Assembly (NCBI GenBank): GCA_964387265.1
Contig: CAYLWC010000012.1
Span: forward strand, 2,737 to 66,736
Source: an uncultured Vampirovibrionales bacterium
Lineage (GTDB): Bacteria > Cyanobacteriota > Vampirovibrionia > Vampirovibrionales > Vampirovibrionaceae
DNA: 64,000 bases
Direction: 5' to 3'
The notes below the pieces were generated by a model. It saw only the letters and a program-made list of their open reading frames with translations. It ran no database searches and had not been told where the DNA came from. The translations under genes were made by a program, and so were the position numbers. Positions 26,765 to 36,013 of the stretch are shown here, piece after piece; position 1 is the first letter of the stretch, and each line of letters opens with the position of its first letter.

Positions 26765-28275
26765 AACCCCTCTCCTGCTTTCATGGTATGGGTTAATGCC
26801 GTATGGGTTTCCCCGCAGCCTTTTCGAATGGGGAAGATCTTGGCCGGGTTGGCCAGATTTTTAGGATCAAAGAGCGCCTTAAACCGCTTCATCCGTGTAA
26901 GATCATCTTCTGAAAAAATCCGGTCCATGAACGCCGATTTTTCAATCCCAATGCCATGTTCCCCGCTCAGTGTCCCGCCAACTTCCAGGCACACGTTCAG
27001 GATTTCATACCCACCCGCCAACACCCGTTGGACCATCTCCGCATCATCCGGGTCAAACAGAATATTGGGGTGCAGATTCCCATCACCCGCATGAAACACG
27101 TTACCAATGAGCATCCGGTATTCGGCCCCAATTTCATGAATCCGGCGCAGTACATAGGTCAGCTCGCTCCGGGGAATCACACAATCATGCAAATAAAACG
27201 CTGGCTGATATCGCCCATAAGCCGCCACAGCCCCTTTTCTAGCGGCCCAAAGGGCTTGACGCTCTTGCTCGGTCTCTCCTACCTGAACCTGGATCACTTC
27301 GTGCTGCTCCAAAATCTGTCGGAGCCGCTGTTCTACCTGATTCACCTGCCAGTGGGGCCCATCCAGCTCAATGAGCAAGACCGCCTCACATTGTTCTGGG
27401 AAACCCACCTGAAAGGCTTCATTCACGGCTTTTACGGTAAAGGCATCCATAAATTCCAGTGCCGAAGGGGTCAGCTCTGATTGAATCAGGGTTGCAACCG
27501 TATCTGTCGCTTGGGCCACTTGATCAAACGCGGCCAAAAAGACCCGGATAGTTTGAGGCACAGGGGTTAATCGCACAATTGCCTGGGTGACAATCCCCAA
27601 TGTCCCTTCGGATCCCACCATCACCCCCACTAGGTTTAAACCATGGGCACGCCGGGTTTTTGAACCCACCCAGACCACCGACCCATCCGGCAACACCACC
27701 TCTAGGGCCAGCACATGATCGGTGGTCACCCCGTACTTAATACAATGAATACCGCCTGCGTTCTCGGCAATATTCCCTCCAATAGTACAGGCCGATTGGC
27801 TGGAGGGATCCGGGGCGTAAAATAACCCATGGGGCGCAAGTTCCCGGTTAAGCCAGGCGTTTACCACCCCAGGCTCCACCATGGCCGTGCGGTTTTCAAT
27901 ATCCAGTTCCCGGATCCGGTTCATCCGACTCAAGCTGATGATCACACCGCCTTCAACCGGCAATGCCCCACCTGATAAACCCGTCCCTGCACCCCGTGCC
28001 ACAAAGGGGATCTGGTATTGATGACATAACTGGACTGTCAAAGCCACTTCTTCCGTGGTGGCTGGCAGCACCACCAGATCCGGTCTGGTTTTGATTAAGG
28101 TACAGGCATCGCACTCATAGACCAACAGCTCCTCAGGCTGATCCAGGACAAAGCGACGGCCCAACTTCTGCCGCAGGGGTTGAATCAACCGATCCACCGG
28201 GTATTTTGAACGCGCTTGTGACATCCGACCCGCCTTTTTATATTCGAACGCAAACTGCCTCCTCAGGCAGCTCAA
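26755..28275 (-). CDS. glcD: FAD-linked oxidase GlcD-like (glycolate / D-2-hydroxyacid dehydrogenase family)
   Basis: FAD-binding-4 domain (…VARGAGTGLSGGALP…) and C-terminal FAD-oxidase domain. The start may be the internal Met (MSQARSKY…). Confidence 0.75.
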   Translation of the reverse strand: MSCLRRQFAFEYKKAGRMSQARSKYPVDRLIQPLRQKLGRRFVLDQPEELLVYECDACTLIKTRPDLVVLPATTEEVALTVQLCHQYQIPFVARGAGTGLSGGALPVEGGVIISLSRMNRIRELDIENRTAMVEPGVVNAWLNRELAPHGLFYAPDPSSQSACTIGGNIAENAGGIHCIKYGVTTDHVLALEVVLPDGSVVWVGSKTRRAHGLNLVGVMVGSEGTLGIVTQAIVRLTPVPQTIRVFLAAFDQVAQATDTVATLIQSELTPSALEFMDAFTVKAVNEAFQVGFPEQCEAVLLIELDGPHWQVNQVEQRLRQILEQHEVIQVQVGETEQERQALWAARKGAVAAYGRYQPAFYLHDCVIPRSELTYVLRRIHEIGAEYRMLIGNVFHAGDGNLHPNILFDPDDAEMVQRVLAGGYEILNVCLEVGGTLSGEHGIGIEKSAFMDRIFSEDDLTRMKRFKALFDPKNLANPAKIFPIRKGCGETHTALTHTMKAGEGLWI

Positions 28276-28438
28276 TCCAGAGGAAAAACATGCTTCTTCT
28301 TATTCTAGCCCCAAAACACAGCCCGGTATAGCAAGCACGCGAGACCCACGCCGAAGGTGATAAGATCATAGATACATCACAGATACGCAACCGGTCCAAG
28401 ATAATCCCGTCCCTGTTTCCATTTTACAAGAGGCCTTT

Positions 28439-29023
28439 ATGCCCCCATCTCACGCAACTCAACAGTCCTGCGCCCGACATCCGGCCATCGACACCCGTTT
28501 AACTTGTAGCAGCTGCGAAACCCCCATCTGCCCCCAGTGCATGGTGATGACCGAAGTGGGTCTCAAATGCCCGGCTTGCACGGGCAAAATCACCACCCAC
28601 CTCACCCAGCTCTCTCCCTGGCTATTGATCACTGGCACCAGCCTGGCCGCCTTGTTTGGCTTTGTCTACGGTCACGTGTATCCACTCATACTGAATATTG
28701 GGTTTATCGCCATTTTTGGGGTGCCTGTTCTGGGGCTCATACTCTGCTATCTACTGGGTGGGGGCTGCGGACGTCTGTTGCATCGAGCCGTTCAACACAA
28801 GCAAGGGCGGACGCTGTTTTGGGCCGTCACCGCCGGGGGGCTCGGCGGGTTTTTCTTTAGCCCGCTGGCAGGGGTCTTGCTGGATGGGCTCAATATCTTA
28901 CTGATGGTTCCTGACCTCCTCAAATCCGGCACCTCCAGCCAGTTTATCCTCTGGCGGCTGATCATTCACCTGCTGGCAGCCAGCTTGTTTCTCCGGGGGT
29001 TACAAAGCCCCATTCGTTTTTAG
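28439..29023 (+). CDS. Zinc-ribbon-containing membrane protein, hypothetical
   Basis: N-terminal CSSC…CPQC…CPAC cysteine pairs followed by about 4 hydrophobic helices. Confidence 0.4.
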   Translation: MPPSHATQQSCARHPAIDTRLTCSSCETPICPQCMVMTEVGLKCPACTGKITTHLTQLSPWLLITGTSLAALFGFVYGHVYPLILNIGFIAIFGVPVLGLILCYLLGGGCGRLLHRAVQHKQGRTLFWAVTAGGLGGFFFSPLAGVLLDGLNILLMVPDLLKSGTSSQFILWRLIIHLLAASLFLRGLQSPIRF

Positions 29024-30088
29024 CAGGCCCTCTAAAACCGTTTTATTGGCCTTGGGGAAAGCATATTGAGGAAGTTCTGACACTGGCACCCATTTCCATG
29101 CGGTAGCGGCCCTGGGGTGAGGTTCCCCAGACTGATACACACAACGGTACGCATGCAAGGTGATCTTGAAATGGGTATAGGCGTGTTTGACCGTCTCGAT
29201 TTTCTCGCACACCACAATATCAATGCCCAATTCTTCAGCGATTTCCCGCTGAACCGTGGTTTCCAAAGTCTCATCCGGCTCCTGCTTTCCGCCAGGAAAC
29301 TCCCACAAACCGCCGAGTAACCCTTCAGCCGGTCGCTGTTGAATCAGTACCTGGTTCTCTTTATTCCAAATCACCCCCACGGCAATATCATAATGGGGCA
29401 CGGGCTTGCGCTTGGCTTTAACCGGCAGCTCCTGTTGCATCCCAAAAGCGTATGCCTCACAAAACGGTTGAACGGGACAAAGCAAGCACCGGGGGGCTTG
29501 CGGTAAGCAGACCGTTGCACCCAACTCCATAATGCCTTGATTAAAGGCATAGGAATCATCCGCCTCCTCTAATAAAGCCTCCGAAGCTACCCACATCGTC
29601 TTCTGTACCGCCGTCAACGCCGGATCCTCTTCGATTTTAAAAATCCGGCTAAGAACCCGTTTGACATTTCCATCCAGTAAAGGGTGCCGTTGTCCGTAAG
29701 CAAAGGTCAGAATCGCCCCAGCGGTACTACGGCCAATGCCTGGTAAGGCTTCAACGGCCTCTAACGTTTCAGGAAAGCGGCCCTGGTATTGTTCCGTAAT
29801 AATTTGGGCGGTTTTATGAAGGTTGCGGCAGCGGGCGTAATATCCCAGCCCCTCCCAAGCCTTCATTACTGCCTCTAACGGAGCTTGGGCCAAATCCTGA
29901 ATGGTGGGAAACAACGTTAAAAACTTGGCGTAATAGGCTTTCACCGTATTGACCTGGGTTTGCTGCAACATAATTTCAGACAACCAGATGGCATAGGGAT
30001 CACGGGTATCCCGCCATGGCAACAACCGACCATGTTGGTGATACCAGAGAATTAATGCTTCAGCAAAGCCGTTTTTGGAATGACCCAT
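29000..30088 (-). CDS. mutY: A/G-specific adenine DNA glycosylase MutY
   Basis: HhH-GPD glycosylase motifs, a 4Fe-4S cluster loop (C…C…C…C) and a C-terminal NUDIX-like domain. Confidence 0.85.
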   Translation of the reverse strand: MGHSKNGFAEALILWYHQHGRLLPWRDTRDPYAIWLSEIMLQQTQVNTVKAYYAKFLTLFPTIQDLAQAPLEAVMKAWEGLGYYARCRNLHKTAQIITEQYQGRFPETLEAVEALPGIGRSTAGAILTFAYGQRHPLLDGNVKRVLSRIFKIEEDPALTAVQKTMWVASEALLEEADDSYAFNQGIMELGATVCLPQAPRCLLCPVQPFCEAYAFGMQQELPVKAKRKPVPHYDIAVGVIWNKENQVLIQQRPAEGLLGGLWEFPGGKQEPDETLETTVQREIAEELGIDIVVCEKIETVKHAYTHFKITLHAYRCVYQSGEPHPRAATAWKWVPVSELPQYAFPKANKTVLEGLLKTNGAL

Positions 30089-30105
30089 GACCCATTACTC
30101 GCTTG

Positions 30106-31119
30106 TTACGCCTGGATGGCCGGGTTCACCCTGGCGGCTTCTTGTTGCTCCCACTGCCAGGCCGTTTGGATAATGGCATCCAGATCCTGATATTGAGGAA
30201 CCCAGTTCAGGGTTTCCCGAATTTTCCGCGCGCTAGCCACCAGCGCCGGGGGATCCCCAGGACGACGAGACGCTTCCTGAACCGCGATGGCTTTGCCTGT
30301 GACTCGCCGGCAAGCGTCAATCATCTGCCGTACCGAATACCCATGTTCTGTTCCGATATTAAAGACGGCGGAATCCCCGTTCTGCTCCAGATAGTTTAAA
30401 CTTTTGAGGTGGGCCAGGGCGATATCATCAATATGAATATAATCCCGAATACAGGTACCATCCGGCGTATCATAATCGGTACCATAAATCTGGATAGCCT
30501 CCCGACGGCCCGAAGCCACCTGAAGGATCAAGGGAATCAAATGGGTCTCCGGCTCATGCGCCTCACCCAAGCAGCCATCCGGATCCGCTCCGGCGGCGTT
30601 AAAATAGCGCAGCGAAACGTAACGAAATGCCGGGTACGCTCGAGCAAAGTCCTTGAGCATCTCTTCTACCACCCGCTTGGTAAACCCATACGGATTAACG
30701 GGATGCAGGCGGTGATTTTCATCCAACGGCAAGTATTGGGGATCGCCATAGACGGCACAGCTGGATGAAAAGATACAATGAGAGATTCCAGCCGCACGCA
30801 TGGCAGATAAGAGCTGCAGGGTCCCAAAAACGTTATTGTCATAATATTTTTGCGGATCGGAAACCGATTCCCCCACGTAACAGGAGGCCGCAAAGTGCAT
30901 GACCGCCGTGACCCCATAGGTTCTAAACGTGTCCAGAAGAAGGTCTTGATTGCGGATATCACCCTGAACAAAGGGCGTCTGCTGGAGGAATCGAACATCA
31001 CCGGTGCTCAGGTTATCCACCACCACGACTTTTCGCCCCTGGCCCAGTAACCGCCGGACACAGTGACTGCCAATATACCCTGCCCCCCCAGAGACCAACA
31101 CGGTACCTGTTCCACTCAT
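30106..31119 (-). CDS. galE: UDP-glucose 4-epimerase GalE
   Basis: Start at the internal ATG giving MSGTGTVLVSGGAGYIGSH… The YxxxK motif region is present. About 338 aa. Confidence 0.85.
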   Translation of the reverse strand: MSGTGTVLVSGGAGYIGSHCVRRLLGQGRKVVVVDNLSTGDVRFLQQTPFVQGDIRNQDLLLDTFRTYGVTAVMHFAASCYVGESVSDPQKYYDNNVFGTLQLLSAMRAAGISHCIFSSSCAVYGDPQYLPLDENHRLHPVNPYGFTKRVVEEMLKDFARAYPAFRYVSLRYFNAAGADPDGCLGEAHEPETHLIPLILQVASGRREAIQIYGTDYDTPDGTCIRDYIHIDDIALAHLKSLNYLEQNGDSAVFNIGTEHGYSVRQMIDACRRVTGKAIAVQEASRRPGDPPALVASARKIRETLNWVPQYQDLDAIIQTAWQWEQQEAARVNPAIQA

Positions 31120-31459
31120 CCGAACAACCCCCCAGATTCTGATCCTGCTGAAACTCTTGTTGATACAGAGGGTAGCAATAAAATAGCTCACAGACAATCC
31201 CCGTTGCCGATTCCCCCACACCGGTTCCAAACTATTGGAAATCATTCATAGACAGCACCGCTATTTTTGGCTAGGGTATCTGTTATATAAACTGAGAGAC
31301 CCCAGACAAAAAATTCCCCATTTTGTGATCTGGCCTTGACTGGCAATTGCGTTTACGCATAGTCCTCAGAAATCGAACGTGATTAGATAAAACTAATTTT
31401 TATTCACTAGGGTAAATATCTAAAAATACGTCGGCAGAACATGGAGCTCACTGACACCT

Positions 31460-32866
31460 ATGCAAGCTTTGACACGGGCATGGAATGCCATTTATAGCGA
31501 TCAACCCTACAGCGCAAGCAGAAACTTTTTGATCACCGCCATTTTCTGGCTCGTTTTTGGAACGACGATCGGCCTGGTAGCCGCCGCTCTGATGGCTTGG
31601 CCGGATCTGATTCACAACATTCCCCAGCTTTCATTTGGTCGCATCCGTCCCGTGCACATTAATGCGGTCTTGGTGGGCTGGCTGTCCATGGGGTATGTCG
31701 CTTGCATGTTCTATGTCGTACCGGTTCTGGTGGGGCGCAAAAGCCTGTGGAGTGAGAAACTGGGCAACCTGACCATGATTGCCTGGAACCTGGTGATGAT
31801 TATCGGCTTGACCAGTATTATGAATGGATACACCGAAGCTCGTGAGTACGCTGAATTAAACGGTCCGCTAGACTGGATGGTACTAGCCGCCTTACTCATG
31901 ACGGGGCTTAATGTCTATATGACTGCTTTAACCGGCCCGGAGAAAAAGTGGTACGTCAGCATCTGGTACATTTTGGGCGCGTTGTTCTGGTTCCCCATTG
32001 TCTATATGATTGGGAACCGGGCTTTTATTGCGTTTGATGGCCTGAATGACGCCATTGCCGGGTGGTTCTACGGACATAATATTTTAGGGATGTGGTTTAC
32101 CGTCGGTGGGGTCGGAATTCTCTATTACTTGCTTCCCAAGTTTTCCGGCAACCCGCTTTACAGCCATACTTTATCCATGATTGGCTTCTGGACCATTGCC
32201 ATGTTCTACGCCCCCACCGGAACCCACCACATTCTCCAGTCCCCGGTGCCAGAGTGGCTGAAGGCCATTGCTGTTATCTCCAGCGTTTTCCTGCTGGTGC
32301 CGGTCCTGACGGTTCTGGTGAACTTCTTTATGACCATGAAGGGTAAATGGCACCTCATGGCCGATCACTTGGCCCTGCGTTTTGCGGCTGCTTCTGGGTT
32401 GGCCTACTTGCTCACTTGTATGCAAGGGCCGTTTCAAGCCACCCGAGGGATTAACTGGTATCTGCACTTCAGCAACTGGGTGGTAGGCCACGCGCACTTG
32501 GCACTGCTAGCCACCTTTACCTTTATCGTGTTTTCCGCCAGTTACTATATCATCCCCAAAATTACGGGGCGAAAAATTTACAGCCGTCCGCTCACCATTT
32601 GGCACTTCTGGCTCAGCTTTATTGGCTGGATCTTGATGATGATTTCACTGACCATTGCCGGCTTGATTCAAGCGGCTGGCTGGCATTTCGCCTTGCCCGT
32701 GGATCAGTGGGCCATTGAGATGGAGCCCTACATGGTTGTCCGCTTCATTTCCGGCATCATGATTGTGGCAGGCCAAATACTGTATATGTTAAACATCTAC
32801 AAAACGGTTTTCTCCAAGGAGTATGAGCCCACACCGGCATCTCCCACGGGAATCGCCTACGTATAA
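31460..32866 (+). CDS. ccoN: Heme-copper oxidase C-family catalytic subunit (cbb3-type CcoN)
   Basis: About 12 TM helices. Conserved His ligands (…PVHINAV…, WFYGHNILG, TGTHHILQ, VVGHAHLAL). Followed directly by a CcoO-like gene. Confidence 0.8.
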   Translation: MQALTRAWNAIYSDQPYSASRNFLITAIFWLVFGTTIGLVAAALMAWPDLIHNIPQLSFGRIRPVHINAVLVGWLSMGYVACMFYVVPVLVGRKSLWSEKLGNLTMIAWNLVMIIGLTSIMNGYTEAREYAELNGPLDWMVLAALLMTGLNVYMTALTGPEKKWYVSIWYILGALFWFPIVYMIGNRAFIAFDGLNDAIAGWFYGHNILGMWFTVGGVGILYYLLPKFSGNPLYSHTLSMIGFWTIAMFYAPTGTHHILQSPVPEWLKAIAVISSVFLLVPVLTVLVNFFMTMKGKWHLMADHLALRFAAASGLAYLLTCMQGPFQATRGINWYLHFSNWVVGHAHLALLATFTFIVFSASYYIIPKITGRKIYSRPLTIWHFWLSFIGWILMMISLTIAGLIQAAGWHFALPVDQWAIEMEPYMVVRFISGIMIVAGQILYMLNIYKTVFSKEYEPTPASPTGIAYV

Positions 32867-32898
32867 GGTAACTTAAAGGGAAGAGGCTACCACCGCAG

Positions 32899-33936
32899 AT
32901 GGAACAGAGACTCAATTATCTAATCGCCGGTTGCTTCGTCGCACTGATCTTTTTGACCATTATTTTTGTCACCGCAATTTTGCCAGCAACCACCTTTCAG
33001 CCAGAGCCCACCGAGGCGGCGTTTAATTACGACCTGCCGGAAAATGCCCTGGTTAAAAAAGGGCGGGATGTCTACCGCCGGGAAGGCTGTTTCTATTGCC
33101 ATACCCAGTTTACCCGATATCAGGACCGGGAAAGTGGCGAAATGGTCCAGGCCGGGGATTACGTGTATGAGACCCCTCACCTGCTGGGAAGCGAGCGGAC
33201 CGGGCCGGATCTTTCCAACATCGGTGGAAAATACCCGGATGAATGGCACTGGGCGCACCATATGAACCCGCGGAAAGTGAAGCCGGGTTCCATTATGCCC
33301 TCTTTCTCCTACCTGTCTGATGAGGACATGACCGCCTTGATTGCCTACCTCCAGACCTTGGGGGCCAAACGGGAAGAAGTGGCTCGCCGCGGCACCCCGT
33401 CTCAAGATCCCAATAGTAAACATAAATGGGAAGATCCCCCAGCCACCTGGCTTGAGGCACCTCAAGAAATGCAGGATGACTGGGTGCGAATTGCCGAAAA
33501 CATTGATGTCAACAACTCAGCAATGGCCAACTCGGGACGCGGCATCTTTATGCAAAACTGTGCCGTGTGTCACGGGGTGACCGGCCGGGGGAATGGTCCT
33601 GTCAGCAGCACCATGCTCAAAAAGCCTGCCAACCTGACTCGACCCTTCTATACCGCTTATAGCGATGCCATGTGGTTCTGGAGAATCAAGGAAGGGGTGG
33701 CTGGTACCCGGATGCCTCGATGGGGACGTTCCCTCAGTGAAGAGGACATGGCGTATCTCGTCGCCTTTGTGAAAACCTTGCCGGTAGACGGCTCGATCCC
33801 GGCAGGGGAAATCGAAGTCACCCACTTTGGTCAGCTGGATGATATGAAAGTGATGAGCGAGAACTACAAAGAAATCGAGGAGCTGGGCGTGCTCTTTAGA
33901 AAAAGTCCCTACCATTACGGAGGTGGCCGCGAATGA
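32899..33936 (+). CDS. ccoO: CcoO-like mono-heme cytochrome c subunit with an additional C-terminal mono-heme cytochrome c domain
   Basis: N-terminal TM helix. CcoO motifs (GCFYCHTQ; RTGPDLSNIGGKYPDEWHWAHHMNP). A second CXXCH (CAVCHGVTGRGNGP…MP) in a CcoP-like C-terminal domain. Confidence 0.75.
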   Translation: MEQRLNYLIAGCFVALIFLTIIFVTAILPATTFQPEPTEAAFNYDLPENALVKKGRDVYRREGCFYCHTQFTRYQDRESGEMVQAGDYVYETPHLLGSERTGPDLSNIGGKYPDEWHWAHHMNPRKVKPGSIMPSFSYLSDEDMTALIAYLQTLGAKREEVARRGTPSQDPNSKHKWEDPPATWLEAPQEMQDDWVRIAENIDVNNSAMANSGRGIFMQNCAVCHGVTGRGNGPVSSTMLKKPANLTRPFYTAYSDAMWFWRIKEGVAGTRMPRWGRSLSEEDMAYLVAFVKTLPVDGSIPAGEIEVTHFGQLDDMKVMSENYKEIEELGVLFRKSPYHYGGGRE

Positions 33937-34106
33937 TTTGTCCATCTTGTATTTCCGGTGGAATTGGCCCTGGATACATTGCAGCCTTTGCCATCTGCGC
34001 CCTCTTTTTTATCTCAGCCGCAGCTGTGATGTTCTGGGCTTCCAAGAGCGGGCGGCTTGAAGGGCTGGAAGAGTCCAAGTACAAAATGCTGCAGGATGAT
34101 GAATAA
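33933..34106 (+). CDS. ccoS: CcoS/FixS-like small membrane peptide (cbb3 oxidase maturation), 57 aa
   Basis: Not in the ORF track (shorter than 60 aa). ATG overlaps the ccoO stop (ATGA). One TM helix. Tail …FWASKSGRLEGLEESKYKMLQDDE resembles the FixS tail …LWSLRSGQYDDLDG…ILLDDDD. Extra N-terminal CPSC. Confidence 0.4.
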   Translation: MICPSCISGGIGPGYIAAFAICALFFISAAAVMFWASKSGRLEGLEESKYKMLQDDE

Positions 34107-34120
34107 GGAAGAGGGAAGCT

Positions 34121-34285
34121 ATGAGCGAACCGAATCAGACACCAGATATCCCAGAACGGGTTGAAATGAAAGATTATGAAGAATTTGAAATCGGGGAACA
34201 CAAAGTACCCTGGTTTTTGTGGGTCTTTTTTACTTTCATTGTTCTTTGGGCGTCTGTGTCCTGGATCAAGTTTTTCGGATATTAA
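34121..34285 (+). CDS. Small membrane peptide resembling the CcoP N-terminal anchor helix, 54 aa
   Basis: Not in the ORF track. …DYEEFEIGEHKVPWFLWVFFTFIVLW… resembles the CcoP N-terminal …EEYDNPLPRWWFLLF… segment. SD GGAAGAGGGAAGCTATG. Confidence 0.4.
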   Translation: MSEPNQTPDIPERVEMKDYEEFEIGEHKVPWFLWVFFTFIVLWASVSWIKFFGY

Positions 34286-34308
34286 GCAAAGAGGTTTGGA
34301 TCTTGCCG

Positions 34309-35358
34309 ATGAAGGGATTGTCACAACCATATAGAATACTGGGCCGCCTGGGGCTACCGTTACTGGCGCTCACCGTGCTGGCCACCGGTTGTATTCAGAA
34401 AGCGGACGTTCAGCAAACGGCCCCCGTTGCAGCTGAGCCAATCATTGACCAGAAGTTGGCCATGGATGATTTCCGCTTCCCCTCCAAGGACCCTTCATTA
34501 AAGCGCGGCAAGGAGCTTTTTGAAAGCAACTGTATGCAGTGCCACGCCAATAGTTACTGGCAGCAGCCCAAAGTTCAGCAAAACTTGGCCTATACCACCC
34601 CCATAGATCTATACCTCTTTTTAACCAAGGGAGAAGCACCAAAAACCCTCTTGGTCAATAACGAGCGACGGGAAGTTCTGCCCAAGGAACACGCCCAAAA
34701 CGGTAAGCTGCTTTCCTTCCGCAATAATATGAGTAGTGATGATCGCTGGGCTGTATTATTTTATGCCCGCTACCTGGCCGGAGCCGGTGATTTCCACTCT
34801 CTTCGCAACCGGGTTCCTGATGCGGACATCGGTGCCATTTTTGGAGGAAACTGCGCGGTTTGTCATGGGACGCGCGGGTTTGGCGATGGACCATTGCACC
34901 TGGGTAAAACCGGAAACCATGAAGTCAAAGATGGGGTGATTAAGCATAATATGCTGCCGCCGCCAGCCAACTTCAACGATTATCAACGGCTGCTCAACCG
35001 AACGGACGCCCAACTCTTCAAGTATATCTGCGAAGGGATTTATCCTTCTGCCATGCCGTCCTGGTACGGGAATGTCAGCCGCGATTATGAGACTGGCAAG
35101 ATCAATTTCGTTTTTGATAACGAAATGATCTGGAACCTGGTCCGCCATGTTCGTGGGTTTACCTATGAAAACGACTTGGACGTTGATCCTGACACGGCAC
35201 CCAAAGGATGGATTGACTTCCAAACCTGTCACTCGGTGCCCACCAACCAACCTTGGACAGAGTTGATGAAAAAACACAGCCCCCCGCGCACCCCGCCGGC
35301 CAAGCCTGAGCCGTCGCGTGAAGGTGGCAACGGTCAGCAAGGAGCACATCGCACATGA
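34309..35358 (+). CDS. ccoP: Di-heme cytochrome c lipoprotein (CcoP soluble-domain-like)
   Basis: Internal ATG. Signal peptide with lipobox LATGC. Two CXXCH motifs (CMQCHAN; CAVCHGTRGFGDGP). Confidence 0.7.
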   Translation: MKGLSQPYRILGRLGLPLLALTVLATGCIQKADVQQTAPVAAEPIIDQKLAMDDFRFPSKDPSLKRGKELFESNCMQCHANSYWQQPKVQQNLAYTTPIDLYLFLTKGEAPKTLLVNNERREVLPKEHAQNGKLLSFRNNMSSDDRWAVLFYARYLAGAGDFHSLRNRVPDADIGAIFGGNCAVCHGTRGFGDGPLHLGKTGNHEVKDGVIKHNMLPPPANFNDYQRLLNRTDAQLFKYICEGIYPSAMPSWYGNVSRDYETGKINFVFDNEMIWNLVRHVRGFTYENDLDVDPDTAPKGWIDFQTCHSVPTNQPWTELMKKHSPPRTPPAKPEPSREGGNGQQGAHRT

Positions 35359-36011
35359 TCAACCGACGGGACTTTTTAAAAATTATTGTCAGCATTCCGA
35401 TTCTTGGTGGGCTGGCCCTGTTTGTCTCGCCTCTTTTTCGATACCTCCGGCCTACCTCTGGCCCATTAACCAGCACCAAAATTGATACCTCTGCCGCTTC
35501 CCCCCTGGAGTGGGAAGGGGATGGTGGACTATTTTCCAAGCCCGACATGCCAGAAGGCGAAAGGGAAGTCAGCTTCGACCTGACCGAATTTCCCGCACCC
35601 TGGTCAGCCCATACCTTTACTTTTGGTCAAAGAAGCCGGGAATATACTTTTAGAAATTTTCAGACCACCCAGATTCCGGGTTATGTCGTACGTTTGCCGG
35701 AAGATAAAGACGGGAAACCGGATTTTATCGTGGTCAGCCGCATTTGCCCGCACATGGGGTGCGTGTTCAATTTCTTACCGGAAGCCCATGAAGCAGCCGC
35801 GTACAACTACCCGCAGGCCAAAAACCCCTTGTTCGCCTGTCCTTGTCACCTCAGCGTGTTTGATCCGCTCCAGGAACAGGATATCGGTACTGCCGTAATA
35901 CGCGGCAAAGTGGTCAGTGGTCCGGCGCCTCGTCCACCTCGGCAGTTTACCTGGGCCATTGAAGGCGCTAGATTAGTCATCAAAGAAGCTGAGACCGGAG
36001 GGATTTCCTAG
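35355..36011 (+). CDS. Rieske [2Fe-2S] iron-sulfur protein with Tat signal
   Basis: Twin-arginine RRDFLK plus TM anchor. Rieske boxes CPHMGC … CPCHLS. 4-nt overlap with the upstream gene. Confidence 0.8.
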   Translation: MINRRDFLKIIVSIPILGGLALFVSPLFRYLRPTSGPLTSTKIDTSAASPLEWEGDGGLFSKPDMPEGEREVSFDLTEFPAPWSAHTFTFGQRSREYTFRNFQTTQIPGYVVRLPEDKDGKPDFIVVSRICPHMGCVFNFLPEAHEAAAYNYPQAKNPLFACPCHLSVFDPLQEQDIGTAVIRGKVVSGPAPRPPRQFTWAIEGARLVIKEAETGGIS

Positions 36012-36013
36012 TT

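Noticed and set aside
31246-31459. FNR/FixK (TTGAT-N4-ATCAA) or CRP box upstream of ccoN
   Set aside because: Looked for one because cbb3 operons are usually oxygen-regulated. Only partial half-sites (TTGAC…, TGTGA…) without dyad symmetry were seen. Not reported as a feature.
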